Virus record (IMG/VR): IMGVR_UViG_2773857766_000004
Coordinates: 52,292-116,291 of that record
Direction: 5' to 3' (one strand)
Source: a virus
Taxonomy: Duplodnaviria > Caudoviricetes
Length of the DNA: 64,000 nucleotides
The position numbers and the translations under genes are program-made. The notes beneath the pieces were generated by a model, which searched no databases, was not told where the DNA came from, and saw nothing but the letters and a program-made list of their open reading frames with translations. Shown here in pieces: positions 23,757-32,894 of this stretch (positions are counted from its first letter, which is position 1; every line of letters starts with the position of its first letter).

Positions 23757-26494
23757 AGCACTCCGATGGGCAAGATGTTCTGGGCGAGATCCGGAATGCC
23801 CGTGATCTGCTCCAGGGGAAGCGAAGAGTGGCGGATGAACTCGTCATCGCCGTACCAGGCGGTGCCATAGTCCGGCCCCACCCGAATGGTGTTGCTCACC
23901 TTGCCGGCATAGACGAACTCGTCCCGATGGAACGCTGCCAGGAAATCGACGGAGGCCTGGCTGCCGAGCGACATGGGCACGCCATGCGATACGCTCGTGC
24001 CGACTTGGCTGTGGCGCTGGCTGAACGTGGCCCCGTGCATCTGAACGTCTGCGCTATAGGCGCACATCCCGACGAGGCTCGCTTTATGCGTCACGGCCGC
24101 CACGGCGGTCTCCCCTGCGGGGTTCACCCGGATGCGGCGGGTGCCGTCAGCGGAGCGGAGAACCGCCATTGGCAGGAAGCTGGTGAAGCCCACGCCTATG
24201 TTCGTGTTCGTCCAACCCTGTGAGGCTCGGCCGGCCGCCTCCTCGTCCCCCGTGGGGAAGAGCACGTTTTCCTTGGACTTCACAGTCTGCCCCTGGATGA
24301 CGATGGACATGCTGCAGGTGCGGGGATTGAGTCCTCCTACGTCGTAGCCGGTGCCCTGCATTTCGTATCGCATCAGGGCGGTCCGCACGGGGCGCAAGAT
24401 GTCCAAATACAGAAGGTGGCAGAAGTAGCCCGACACCGTGAAGCTCTCATCCGTGTCGGTGTTGGTGACGGGCAGTCGCGTCCCGTCCGGGAACACGAGG
24501 GTGCTGCGCAGGCGGGTGCGTTCGTAATAGGTCGCCGGCCCGGTCGTGGTGCCGGCTCCGGGTTCATCCTGGAACAGCTCGGAATCCACCTCCACCGATG
24601 CGTACACAATAGACTCGCCCTGATAGTCGGCGAAGAGGCGGTACGAACCGCGGCAGGCCCTGCGCATCCAGGTGCTGCCCCACCCTACCGTCACATCCAG
24701 GCTCTGCTGCAGCACCTCGGCAAATGTGCCGCCGTGCCACTCCACGAAGTGCAGCACCTCTCCCCATACCCGCTCCGCATCCGTCGTTGCCGTCGTCACC
24801 GGGTCGCCGACGCCTCCATCGGCTGCGTAGGTGCCGAAATGCGACTCGGTGATGATCTGGTCTTCCGAAACCGCCTCGGTGTACGAGATCACCATTCGCG
24901 CGCCCGATTCGGAGAACTTCGGGTAGGACACTTGGCCCAGGTTGTCGGGCAGGCGGAAGCGTCCAAGCTCCTGCCGCGTGGCGTAGAAGTCGTGGGCCAG
25001 CCCCTGAAAGAGCACGATGAACTGCGGCCCCTCTGCAGCTTTCTGCCGGGCGAGGCCGGCGACCCTGAGCATGCGCCGGCCGCTCGCGGTTTGGAACCGG
25101 GCCGCGAGTGGGGTGAACAGCTCGGACAGGTTGTCATGGACCTCGATCGCGCGTCCCTTGAACCGCACGCGCGCCATTCCGCTGCCAAGATGCAGATCGA
25201 TGGTCGGTATGAAGTAGCCGTGGCCCTGGGTGTAGAAAACCGATTCGATCCCGACTCTCTCATCTTCCGGCCCCTCCTGACCCGGCACGGAAGGCAAAAC
25301 GAAGTTCTCCATGCCCATGAAGATTTGCGAGGCCTCGGAGCCCACCACGGGCGGGACGAGATCCTGAAATTCACTGTCGAGCGAGTACGGAGGCACCTGG
25401 CGTTTCTCAATGCCCACGCCTGCGTTGTTGCGCGTTGCGCTGTCGAGCGTGGGCCACATCTCATCCGCCGCCCAGTCCCGAACCATGTTGGCATAGTGGG
25501 CAGGAGAGCCGCGCCACCACTCCACGGCTTCCGCACCGAAGCGGGCGGATTGCACGTCGGTAGCAGTCGTCAGAAAGATGTTCTCGCCAGCAGGCGATGT
25601 GGGCGTGAGGATTCCAACCGATCCGCGCAGCCCGGCCCGGGTTGCATATCGGTCTTGCTCAAAGCTCAAATGCCCATCCCTGAAGCTCCGGCTGTCGTGC
25701 CCCAGCACCTTGGCTGTCTTGTTCAGGTACAGCACCAGCTCGGACAGCATGCCCTCGTAGCCGCGCAATGGCGGGTGCACCTCACCGCGTCCAGCAGCCG
25801 CGCGGATGAGGTTGGTTTCTTCGCGGATCGACTTGTGGACGTCCAGCTCGGCGCGTGCCGCGCTGGTGGGTCGGTGGCAATACCACGTGGCGGTTTCGGC
25901 CTCACTGTAATTGCGCTGCCAGCGGGCACGGAACTGCGGCTTCACGCGGCCATCCACGCGCGCGCCGATCACGAACTCGCCGCGCGCCTCCCAGTCCATG
26001 TAGAAGAGCGGCGCCGCGCAGTAGTTGCGGTGCGTTGCGCTCACCTTGCCGCCAGCGGCGCGAAGCACGGCATCCGGGTACTGGTTGTCCTTGAACCGGT
26101 TGATGATGACCTGCCGCAGAGGGCCCAAGGGCGTGCCCAAACCATCCGACGTGTTCGGCATCCCATAGCCCAACGGCGCGGCGGGTGAGCGCGGGGTGAT
26201 GACGAAGCCCTCCGGGAACCACACGAGACGCGAGATGGCGCCGATTGGCTCCTCCTGCGGCACCTCCTGCCGGTCCGCGCGCATGGTCACCCGCTCCACG
26301 GGGCCCGCAAGCTGTGCCGTGACCACTGAGCCGTCTCCCATCTCACGCCGCATGCCCAGCACAGGCACGCCCGACGCACCTGCGAGCAGCTTCGCCTGGA
26401 ACATCAGGCGGCGCGCCTCGGCATCGAGCGACTGGGAATCGCCGTTGCCAGAGGTGGCGCGCCCTGGCGCCGTGAACGGAAGCCGGTCGGTCAT
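23753..26494 (-). CDS. Large tail protein containing a CAP/SCP-like domain
   Basis: Start MTDRLP; ETNLIRAAAG...GHDS...GENI...AVEWWRGSPAHYANM matches the bacterial CAP signature. Confidence 0.6.
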   Translation of the reverse strand: MTDRLPFTAPGRATSGNGDSQSLDAEARRLMFQAKLLAGASGVPVLGMRREMGDGSVVTAQLAGPVERVTMRADRQEVPQEEPIGAISRLVWFPEGFVITPRSPAAPLGYGMPNTSDGLGTPLGPLRQVIINRFKDNQYPDAVLRAAGGKVSATHRNYCAAPLFYMDWEARGEFVIGARVDGRVKPQFRARWQRNYSEAETATWYCHRPTSAARAELDVHKSIREETNLIRAAAGRGEVHPPLRGYEGMLSELVLYLNKTAKVLGHDSRSFRDGHLSFEQDRYATRAGLRGSVGILTPTSPAGENIFLTTATDVQSARFGAEAVEWWRGSPAHYANMVRDWAADEMWPTLDSATRNNAGVGIEKRQVPPYSLDSEFQDLVPPVVGSEASQIFMGMENFVLPSVPGQEGPEDERVGIESVFYTQGHGYFIPTIDLHLGSGMARVRFKGRAIEVHDNLSELFTPLAARFQTASGRRMLRVAGLARQKAAEGPQFIVLFQGLAHDFYATRQELGRFRLPDNLGQVSYPKFSESGARMVISYTEAVSEDQIITESHFGTYAADGGVGDPVTTATTDAERVWGEVLHFVEWHGGTFAEVLQQSLDVTVGWGSTWMRRACRGSYRLFADYQGESIVYASVEVDSELFQDEPGAGTTTGPATYYERTRLRSTLVFPDGTRLPVTNTDTDESFTVSGYFCHLLYLDILRPVRTALMRYEMQGTGYDVGGLNPRTCSMSIVIQGQTVKSKENVLFPTGDEEAAGRASQGWTNTNIGVGFTSFLPMAVLRSADGTRRIRVNPAGETAVAAVTHKASLVGMCAYSADVQMHGATFSQRHSQVGTSVSHGVPMSLGSQASVDFLAAFHRDEFVYAGKVSNTIRVGPDYGTAWYGDDEFIRHSSLPLEQITGIPDLAQNILPIGVL

Positions 26495-26495
26495 G

Positions 26496-27083
26496 TCAGG
26501 CGGCCAGGGGCTGCAGCCGGATGCGGTAGCCGATTTCGACCTTGTCGCCGTCGAAATACACACGGTCCTTGGAGAACCGCGCGACCGACACCAGCGTCCC
26601 CGACGTGCTGCCCTTGATGGATTCGGACAGGAGAGCCGCGCCGCGCACCGTCAGCGAGGTGGCGGTGGCCACCGTGAAGACCGCCTTGTTTGCGACGGCG
26701 TCGATCACGCCATTTGCTGCAGCGCCGGGCACCCACAGTTGGCGCAGGCCCTCGGAGTAGCCTTCCGTGTTGCTGGTGATCTCGGTAGCCGCTGCCGAGA
26801 ACGTGGCCGCCGTCACCGCGTCGGTCGGCGTGTACGCGCCGGAGAAAAGCGCGATGTAGAACTGCGGGTGGACCGTGCCGCCAGCCAGCGCGGCCGACAG
26901 CAAGTAGTTGAACCCCTGGGTGGGAATGCGGTTGCGCTCGACCTCGGCCGGCCCGCCGTTCACGGCAATGGTGTACTCGCCGCAGGCCTTGATGCCCAGG
27001 TCGTGGGCTAGCAACAGCCCGTCTTCCGTCTCATCGAAGCGCTGGCGGTCCAGCGCGCGTGCGATTGCGTGTGTTTTCAACAT
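26496..27083 (-). CDS. Tail structural protein
   Basis: 195 aa; NRIPTQGFNYLL...YIALFSG...SVARF pattern seen in phage tail proteins. Confidence 0.6.
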   Translation of the reverse strand: MLKTHAIARALDRQRFDETEDGLLLAHDLGIKACGEYTIAVNGGPAEVERNRIPTQGFNYLLSAALAGGTVHPQFYIALFSGAYTPTDAVTAATFSAAATEITSNTEGYSEGLRQLWVPGAAANGVIDAVANKAVFTVATATSLTVRGAALLSESIKGSTSGTLVSVARFSKDRVYFDGDKVEIGYRIRLQPLAA

Positions 27084-28306
27084 GGGTATCCCTCGTTGGT
27101 TGAGTCAAGAGCCACGCCGACGATCGGCGAAGGCGAGGAAGCCGTGAGCGTGACAACCTGACGGATGCCGCCGCGCAGCAGCAGAACGGACCGCCCGGCG
27201 ATGTCGGGCGAGAGCCTGATGCGGCCAGGCTGCAGCGGTCGGGCGACCCCGCCCGGGGCCCCGGCGAAGTACCCTTCCTCACTCAGCCATACGGCTTGAG
27301 CGCCCTGCCCATCGCCGGCAAGCTGATCGGCTGGTACGAGAAGAGAGGAACAATGGACGGCCTTGGCCGACGAGGCGAGCGACTGCGTCCAGGCGGAAGG
27401 ATCCGAACCGCCCAGCCACCACACCCCGCGGCTGTCTCCGACGTAGGCGCCGCCTTCCACCAGCTCAACAAAGCGGATGCGGCCAACGAAGCGGACGAAG
27501 CCCCGGCGCGGAGCGATGAGGTGCGGGCGAAGCGGTTCCGAGAACCATAGGGTGTCTCCGGAGGCCACGTAGATCCGCCCCGCGTAGGCCCGAACCAAGT
27601 GCCCGCTCGGGAAGGGCGCCAAGTCCAGGGTTTCGCAAAGGGCGCCGCCCGGATAGACGGTGAGCGCATAGTCAGCGGACAGGGCCTCGAACTCCTCGGC
27701 CAGGTAGAGCACGTCACCATCTGGAGGCGTCACATACGCCCTGTAGCGATACCCTGGGGCCACCGTCAGGCCGGTGAGCCTGAGCCCTGCCGAGGTATCG
27801 GCCTGGCCGACGATGCACGCCGCGGATTCCTCGCCATTGCCGTCAACCAGCGAGATGGCCACCGTGTAGCGGCCCGGCGTCAACGTTCCGGAATCCCGCG
27901 CCTGTACTTCCGGAAGCGCGTCGGGCAGTTGGACGCCGGCGGGCGTCGCCAAGTCTCGACCGGGATCCATGGCCAGCAGCCCTTTGGCGCACACGACATA
28001 GAGGCGCCCGTTGTACTCAGTGAAGGCCACGGGCCCCAGGCCGATCTGCGCGACCATGAGGCTGGCGTACGTACGGGTGTCCACCTGCAGGAGCGCGTCC
28101 CCGCGAACCACCAGAAGTTTCCCGCCGAAGGCATGTGCGTGGGTGAAGCCCGTGCCCACGGCCACCGGCGTGTAACCGTCGCGCCGTCGGAACTGTCCGC
28201 TGCGATCGATGTCCACGTTGATTGCTTCGCGGACGGTTCCCGCCGGCATCTCCACCTCGTCGGAGAGCAGGTCCATACCCAGCACCGGCAGTGGTATGCG
28301 CGCCAT
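27077..28306 (-). CDS. Tail nozzle / stabilisation-like beta-rich protein
   Basis: Start MARIPL; REAINVDIDRSGQFRRRDG N-terminal motif and GRIYVA..LWFSEP typical of podovirus nozzle proteins. Confidence 0.6.
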   Translation of the reverse strand: MARIPLPVLGMDLLSDEVEMPAGTVREAINVDIDRSGQFRRRDGYTPVAVGTGFTHAHAFGGKLLVVRGDALLQVDTRTYASLMVAQIGLGPVAFTEYNGRLYVVCAKGLLAMDPGRDLATPAGVQLPDALPEVQARDSGTLTPGRYTVAISLVDGNGEESAACIVGQADTSAGLRLTGLTVAPGYRYRAYVTPPDGDVLYLAEEFEALSADYALTVYPGGALCETLDLAPFPSGHLVRAYAGRIYVASGDTLWFSEPLRPHLIAPRRGFVRFVGRIRFVELVEGGAYVGDSRGVWWLGGSDPSAWTQSLASSAKAVHCSSLLVPADQLAGDGQGAQAVWLSEEGYFAGAPGGVARPLQPGRIRLSPDIAGRSVLLLRGGIRQVVTLTASSPSPIVGVALDSTNEGYPC

Positions 28307-29133
28307 CAGGCCACCTCCCTCGCATTCCGCAGGTCGCGCCACCAAGCCGGACTCACGCCCTCCGAATGCCATGCGATCGCCCCATATGCGCCGCTTGAAG
28401 CCGTCACGGTGAGGAACAACTCGTTTCCAAGCGGAATGCCGCCGGCGGTTCCCCTGACCACCGTCACGCCCGGAGAAAACACGTTCGCCCGCACAGATCC
28501 TTCGGCGTTTGCTCCGGTGCCGGTCTGCGTGGAGTGCTCGATCTCCCCGCCATCGGCCGGCGTGAAGGTGATGGCGTACTGAACCAGCGTGCCGCCGGCT
28601 CCTCCCTCGACGCCGAAATACACGTAGTCGTCGCCGAAGAAGCTTTCGTTCTGCCCCGCGTTCGTCGCCAGGAACGGCGCCTGTGCGGGATGCCCTTGGG
28701 GCCCTACGGAGCCCCAGCCCATCTTCGTCGGCGGAACCGGTTGCGGCCCGCTCGCCCCCTCGGCGTACCAAGACCCGGAGCCATAGGCACCGTCAACGCC
28801 CGTGATCACATAGAAGAGCTTGTTGCCGGAGACCTGGGGCGCGATGACTTCGATTTCCACGACGCCGGCATTCAGCGGCCCACCGCCGAAGTCTGGCACA
28901 TAGAAGCTCATCGGATCCGAGGATCCGGAGATGGTCGAAACAACAGGCTCGCTGCCGTCTTCCGGCGTGAACGTCAGCCGTACGGTGTATCCCTCCGGGT
29001 CGCCGTCGGCGACGACGAAGCCGAAGTACCCGACCACGTATCGACCCATGGAGCCGTTGCCAAAGTTGTCGGTGCTCGCCGGCGGCTCCATGCGGTTTGC
29101 GCCACCCAGCCAGCCCAGAAGAGGAGCGCTCAT
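28306..29133 (-). CDS. Hypothetical virion protein with two tandem beta domains
   Basis: YFG..LTFTPEDG..GNKLF..GAYGSGSW repeated as YFG..ITFTPADG..GNELF..GAYGAIAW. Confidence 0.55.
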   Translation of the reverse strand: MSAPLLGWLGGANRMEPPASTDNFGNGSMGRYVVGYFGFVVADGDPEGYTVRLTFTPEDGSEPVVSTISGSSDPMSFYVPDFGGGPLNAGVVEIEVIAPQVSGNKLFYVITGVDGAYGSGSWYAEGASGPQPVPPTKMGWGSVGPQGHPAQAPFLATNAGQNESFFGDDYVYFGVEGGAGGTLVQYAITFTPADGGEIEHSTQTGTGANAEGSVRANVFSPGVTVVRGTAGGIPLGNELFLTVTASSGAYGAIAWHSEGVSPAWWRDLRNAREVA

Positions 29134-29729
29134 GCCCGGCCCTCCCTGTGCTCGATCTCTATCCAACGGCGTGCCATCACCTGGGCGGTGAGCATGCGCG
29201 GGTCGCGGCTCCAGCCATTCGCGCGCCTGTTCCAGATGTAGCCGACCCTGGGCACGTAGGCCGCGCCGGCCGCGCCCATGGCCCAGTACAGCATGTGCTC
29301 CGTCCAGTAGGTTCCCCGCGGCAGCCTGGCTGCAGCAGCCTTCGCGCTGATGGTGCGCATCAGCACCAGGTGGTGCAACCCCATGGGACCGCAACGGTGC
29401 CGATCACGGTCGTAGTCGTACCAGGAGCGCCGCACATCGGCGCGCCCGGGCTCGCGCAGAATCTCATCCGTGTACGCCAGGGGAACCGCCATCGCGTCCG
29501 CCCGAGTTGCGCACACCTGCAGCACGTCCAGATAGTCCGCGGGCAGTTCGTCATCGTCATCCAGGAAGAAGCACCAGGGGGTACGGACTGCGCCGAGCGC
29601 ATCGAGCCTCGCAGCATGCAGATCCGCCGGGTTCCTGAGCGTCTGCACGCGACCAAGCACCTCCAGCCCCGGCAACTCAATGCACACCGGGGAAGCGGAG
29701 AGGACGATGGCGGTGATGAGGGAAGACAT
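29130..29729 (-). CDS. GT-A fold (family 2-like) glycosyltransferase
   Basis: AARLDALGAVRTPWCFFLDDDDELP (DxD region) and HHLVLMR; start MSSLIT. Confidence 0.65.
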   Translation of the reverse strand: MSSLITAIVLSASPVCIELPGLEVLGRVQTLRNPADLHAARLDALGAVRTPWCFFLDDDDELPADYLDVLQVCATRADAMAVPLAYTDEILREPGRADVRRSWYDYDRDRHRCGPMGLHHLVLMRTISAKAAAARLPRGTYWTEHMLYWAMGAAGAAYVPRVGYIWNRRANGWSRDPRMLTAQVMARRWIEIEHREGRA

Positions 29730-29730
29730 G

Positions 29731-29829
29731 TCAGCAGAGCACCGCATTCATGTGCGGGGGTTCTTGTCGCGTTGTGCGACGCAGATCGGAGTCCCACAGC
29801 GGGCCGAAATAGGCCGTGAAAGCACGCTC
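29731..29829 (-). pseudogene. Orphan duplicate of adaptor gene 3' end
   Basis: ERAFTAYFGPLWDSDLRRTTRQEPPHMNAVLC* versus ERAFTAYFGPMPDADLRRDTRADVQHFNRGVLP* (29861-29962). Confidence 0.85.
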
Positions 29830-29860
29830 ATCAGGTCGATGTGCATGGTTGCGGTATCGG

Positions 29861-30535
29861 TCATGGCAGGACCCCCCGGTTGAAGTGCTGCACGTCGGCG
29901 CGCGTGTCGCGGCGCAGGTCCGCGTCGGGCATCGGGCCGAAGTAGGCCGTGAAGGCGCGTTCGGCCAGCACGGCACGGTCAGGGTCGAAGCTCTCGCTGT
30001 CGGGCAAGCTGAACGCCCGGTGCAGGGCCCATTGGATCAGGTGCTCGTGGTGCGCCTCGTGGATCTCGGGCTTGGCGGTGTCGTTGTCCACGTCGAATGG
30101 CTTCAGCGGGAGGCGGTAGCACTCCAGCTCCAGCACCTCGCCGTTCTCCACCCGGCCCACCACGCGCAAAGTGGTGTCGTCCTGGATGACCCAGTCGCTC
30201 GCGTCGTCACGGTCGCGCCAGCCCGGCACCTCCGCATCCAGCCATTCCCGCGTCACGATGCTCATTGGCCGCGGCTTGCTGTCGCTCGCGCGCAGGACCT
30301 GCAGATGGATGATCTCGAAGACGGACGCGTGCAGGGGGTAAGTGTGCCTGCCTGCGGCCAGCTCAATGCGGGTCACCTCGGGCCGCGCGTCCTCCCGGAT
30401 GAGCCGACGACGGATGCAGGCCTGAGCCTGCGCATCGTTGAGCCAGTCGACCACATCCTCGCTCTCGAACAGGTAGGGCTCCACCTTGTCCTTGGCGAGG
30501 GTGCGGAAACGGCGAATCAGGTCTTCCAGCTTCAT
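29861..30535 (-). CDS. Head-tail adaptor protein
   Basis: LIRRFR..WLNDAQ..PEIHEAHHEHLIQWA; position after capsid genes. Confidence 0.65.
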   Translation of the reverse strand: MKLEDLIRRFRTLAKDKVEPYLFESEDVVDWLNDAQAQACIRRRLIREDARPEVTRIELAAGRHTYPLHASVFEIIHLQVLRASDSKPRPMSIVTREWLDAEVPGWRDRDDASDWVIQDDTTLRVVGRVENGEVLELECYRLPLKPFDVDNDTAKPEIHEAHHEHLIQWALHRAFSLPDSESFDPDRAVLAERAFTAYFGPMPDADLRRDTRADVQHFNRGVLP

Positions 30536-30975
30536 GGCATCCCGTACTGGTCCACGAAGCCCTTCACCATGTCGCGCAGCTTGGCCTCGCCGGTGTTCGG
30601 GTGCAGCTTCTGGCCGAACTTGTCGGCCGCGAACGCGAGGAGCGCCTGCTTGTCCATGGATTCGATGGAGTCCAGCAGTGCGAAACGGGCATCGTCCTGC
30701 TCGCGCTGCTCGTCTTCCTTCTTTTTGGCCTCGGCCAGCTGCTGCTGGGTGTCGTCTGCCTGCTTGGCCAGGGCGCCCTGCTGGGTCGCGTCCTCGGCGG
30801 CCCCGGCATCCGCGCCCTTGAACACGTCGGTGTGCTGGAGGAAGCGGGCGGCCAGCGGAGCGGGCACGAGGCGCGTTTGCCCGCGCGCGAACGTGAGCCC
30901 GGAACGGTAGAGGCGGTCTTTGAATGGCTCGTCGTTGCCGATGTAGGTCACGGCAACGTCCTGGGTCTGGCTCAT
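30532..30975 (-). CDS. Hypothetical head-associated protein
   Basis: 147 aa, AGGAG RBS, between decoration and adaptor genes. Confidence 0.6.
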   Translation of the reverse strand: MSQTQDVAVTYIGNDEPFKDRLYRSGLTFARGQTRLVPAPLAARFLQHTDVFKGADAGAAEDATQQGALAKQADDTQQQLAEAKKKEDEQREQDDARFALLDSIESMDKQALLAFAADKFGQKLHPNTGEAKLRDMVKGFVDQYGMP

Positions 30976-31044
30976 GTCAGGCTCCTGGGTGGTATGGGGA
31001 AAAGCCGGGACGCAGGGCCCCGGCCTTCGGTCTGCGCGGGCCAG

Positions 31045-31524
31045 TTACTTCGGACCGATCCGCTCGCCCGTCACGATGAAATCGGCGCGGCCGGCTTCCG
31101 CCACGGCGGCGCCCGTGATCGTGAGCACCAGGTAGGCCTCCTTGGCGAGCTTCACCGGGGCCTTGGCGCTGCCCGTGCGCAGGCGGGCCGCGGCACTGAG
31201 CGCCAAGTCGGCGCCGAAGTAGGCCGCGTCCTGGGGCACCACGGCATCGTCCACGCCATCGATGTAGAGGAAGCCGACGGAGCCGGTCACGCCCGCGCCG
31301 AGGTGGTCGGAAACGATGATCTGCAGGTCGTGCAGATCGAAGCCCTGGGGCAGGGTCTGCAGCGCCACGACATCGTTCACGGCCAGGGGCGCGGTGGAGT
31401 TGGCGTTGAGGACGGAGCCGTTCGCGAGGGTCTGCAGCGTGGCGCGCAGCACCGTGACGTTGCCGTACGGCGTGAAGCCACCGAACTGGTGGTCGCCGAT
31501 GAATTTCTTGAGGATGGTTGCCAT
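31045..31524 (-). CDS. Probable capsid decoration protein
   Basis: Start MATILK after GGAGG; beta-rich; immediately follows MCP. Confidence 0.55.
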   Translation of the reverse strand: MATILKKFIGDHQFGGFTPYGNVTVLRATLQTLANGSVLNANSTAPLAVNDVVALQTLPQGFDLHDLQIIVSDHLGAGVTGSVGFLYIDGVDDAVVPQDAAYFGADLALSAAARLRTGSAKAPVKLAKEAYLVLTITGAAVAEAGRADFIVTGERIGPK

Positions 31525-31591
31525 CTTGGCCTCCAAGGTGATGGGAATGGAGCCGGGGCCGGGCACCTCGCGGCGCCGGCCCCGCGGGTCA

Positions 31592-32884
31592 TCAGAAGCG
31601 CGGCTTCATGATCTTCACGGCGGTGTCGAGGACGGTCACGCCGTGGTCGGTGTATTCCTTGTGGTCGCCGTGATCCACCGCGAAGCGGATCTTGGACATC
31701 CCCAGGATGGCGCCGATCAGGATTTCCATCTTGTCGCCGTGATCGCCCTTCTCCTCGCTCCAGAAGAACGGGATGCCCGAGTGCTCCGATGCACCGAAGG
31801 CCTGGGCCAGCGCTTGGCCCCCCAGCAGCAGCGCACGCTCCACGGCGAATCCGGTACCGAACGCGGCAGGCACCACGCACGACGATTCCTGCTCGCTCGC
31901 ATAGTCGGCGCAGTACTTGACCGTGTCGCCCGCGTAGAAGCGGATCGGCTTCGGGTTCTTCAGGATCAGGATGCCGTTCCACAGCCCGGCATCGCCGAGG
32001 AACAGCGGGTGGTCCTTGGCGAGACGGGCACGTGCGTGGGCGTTGGCCTGGAACGCGCGGAACGCGGGGTCCGTGGCGAACTGGCTGTACTGGCCCGGGC
32101 CGGCCAGCAGCACGCGGATGGGGCTGTCCGTCGCGGCCTGGTCGTTGTCGAACTCCACCGGGGGCGGCGGCAGCGCGATGGAGTCGCCCCACTGCCGCAG
32201 GGAGTCCACCACGTCCATGGAGAGGCCGTCCGTCGTGGCGATCACCATCTCGCCAGAATTCGCCCGCAGCTCGCCCACCGAACCGCTCCCCGCCACCAGG
32301 TGGCGGTTGCGCGTGGGAGCCTTCACCCGGTTCACCATGATGTCGGCGAACTTCGGATGCGTGTCCACGGGCACGGTCCATTCGATCTTGTGATCGTGGT
32401 AGCCCCGGGCGCCGGCCAGGTGCACCAGGATCGACTGGTCGATGTAGGCGTCCATCAGGCGCTGAGCTTTCGGGCGGCCGAAGCGACGCATGTCGAACGG
32501 GCTGCGGATCTGCGTCATGGTGTTGCCCATGTCGATCGGGAACCGCGCCTGGTTCACCCGCAGCTTGTCCTCGGAATAGGACATGCCGGTGCCGCGGCCC
32601 TCGGCATGCTCGCTGCCCATGATCGGGTACGCGCCGATGGGGTTGTCCAGGTGGAAGGTCACCTCGTCGCCCTTGTTCTTCGTGAGGTTGTCCGCACGAA
32701 CGATAGGCATGGAGGTCTTCGACTGGTTGCCCTTGGTCGCCGCGATGGCCGCGTCGATCTTGGGCATGGAGCCAGTCAGGTGGCGCATCTGGGTGTTGCG
32801 CTGGGTGCAGGTGTGGAAAACGCCCACAGCCTGCTGGATCATCGCGCCCGGAGCGCCGGCCGGGGTGTTGGTCTTGGTGTTCAC
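31592..32884 (-). CDS. Major capsid protein (N4-gp56 / DUF4043 family)
   Basis: 430 aa; NLTKNKGDEVTF..MGSEHAEG..HPLFLG..GLWNGIL..RALLLGGQALAQAFG..DHGV; GTG start after AAGGAGG. Confidence 0.88.
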   Translation of the reverse strand: MNTKTNTPAGAPGAMIQQAVGVFHTCTQRNTQMRHLTGSMPKIDAAIAATKGNQSKTSMPIVRADNLTKNKGDEVTFHLDNPIGAYPIMGSEHAEGRGTGMSYSEDKLRVNQARFPIDMGNTMTQIRSPFDMRRFGRPKAQRLMDAYIDQSILVHLAGARGYHDHKIEWTVPVDTHPKFADIMVNRVKAPTRNRHLVAGSGSVGELRANSGEMVIATTDGLSMDVVDSLRQWGDSIALPPPPVEFDNDQAATDSPIRVLLAGPGQYSQFATDPAFRAFQANAHARARLAKDHPLFLGDAGLWNGILILKNPKPIRFYAGDTVKYCADYASEQESSCVVPAAFGTGFAVERALLLGGQALAQAFGASEHSGIPFFWSEEKGDHGDKMEILIGAILGMSKIRFAVDHGDHKEYTDHGVTVLDTAVKIMKPRF

Positions 32885-32894
32885 ATGAACCTCC

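Noticed and set aside
29731-29962. Duplicated gene 3' ends as TR/VR of a diversity-generating retroelement
   Set aside because: Differences are not adenine-specific and no reverse transcriptase is present in the window
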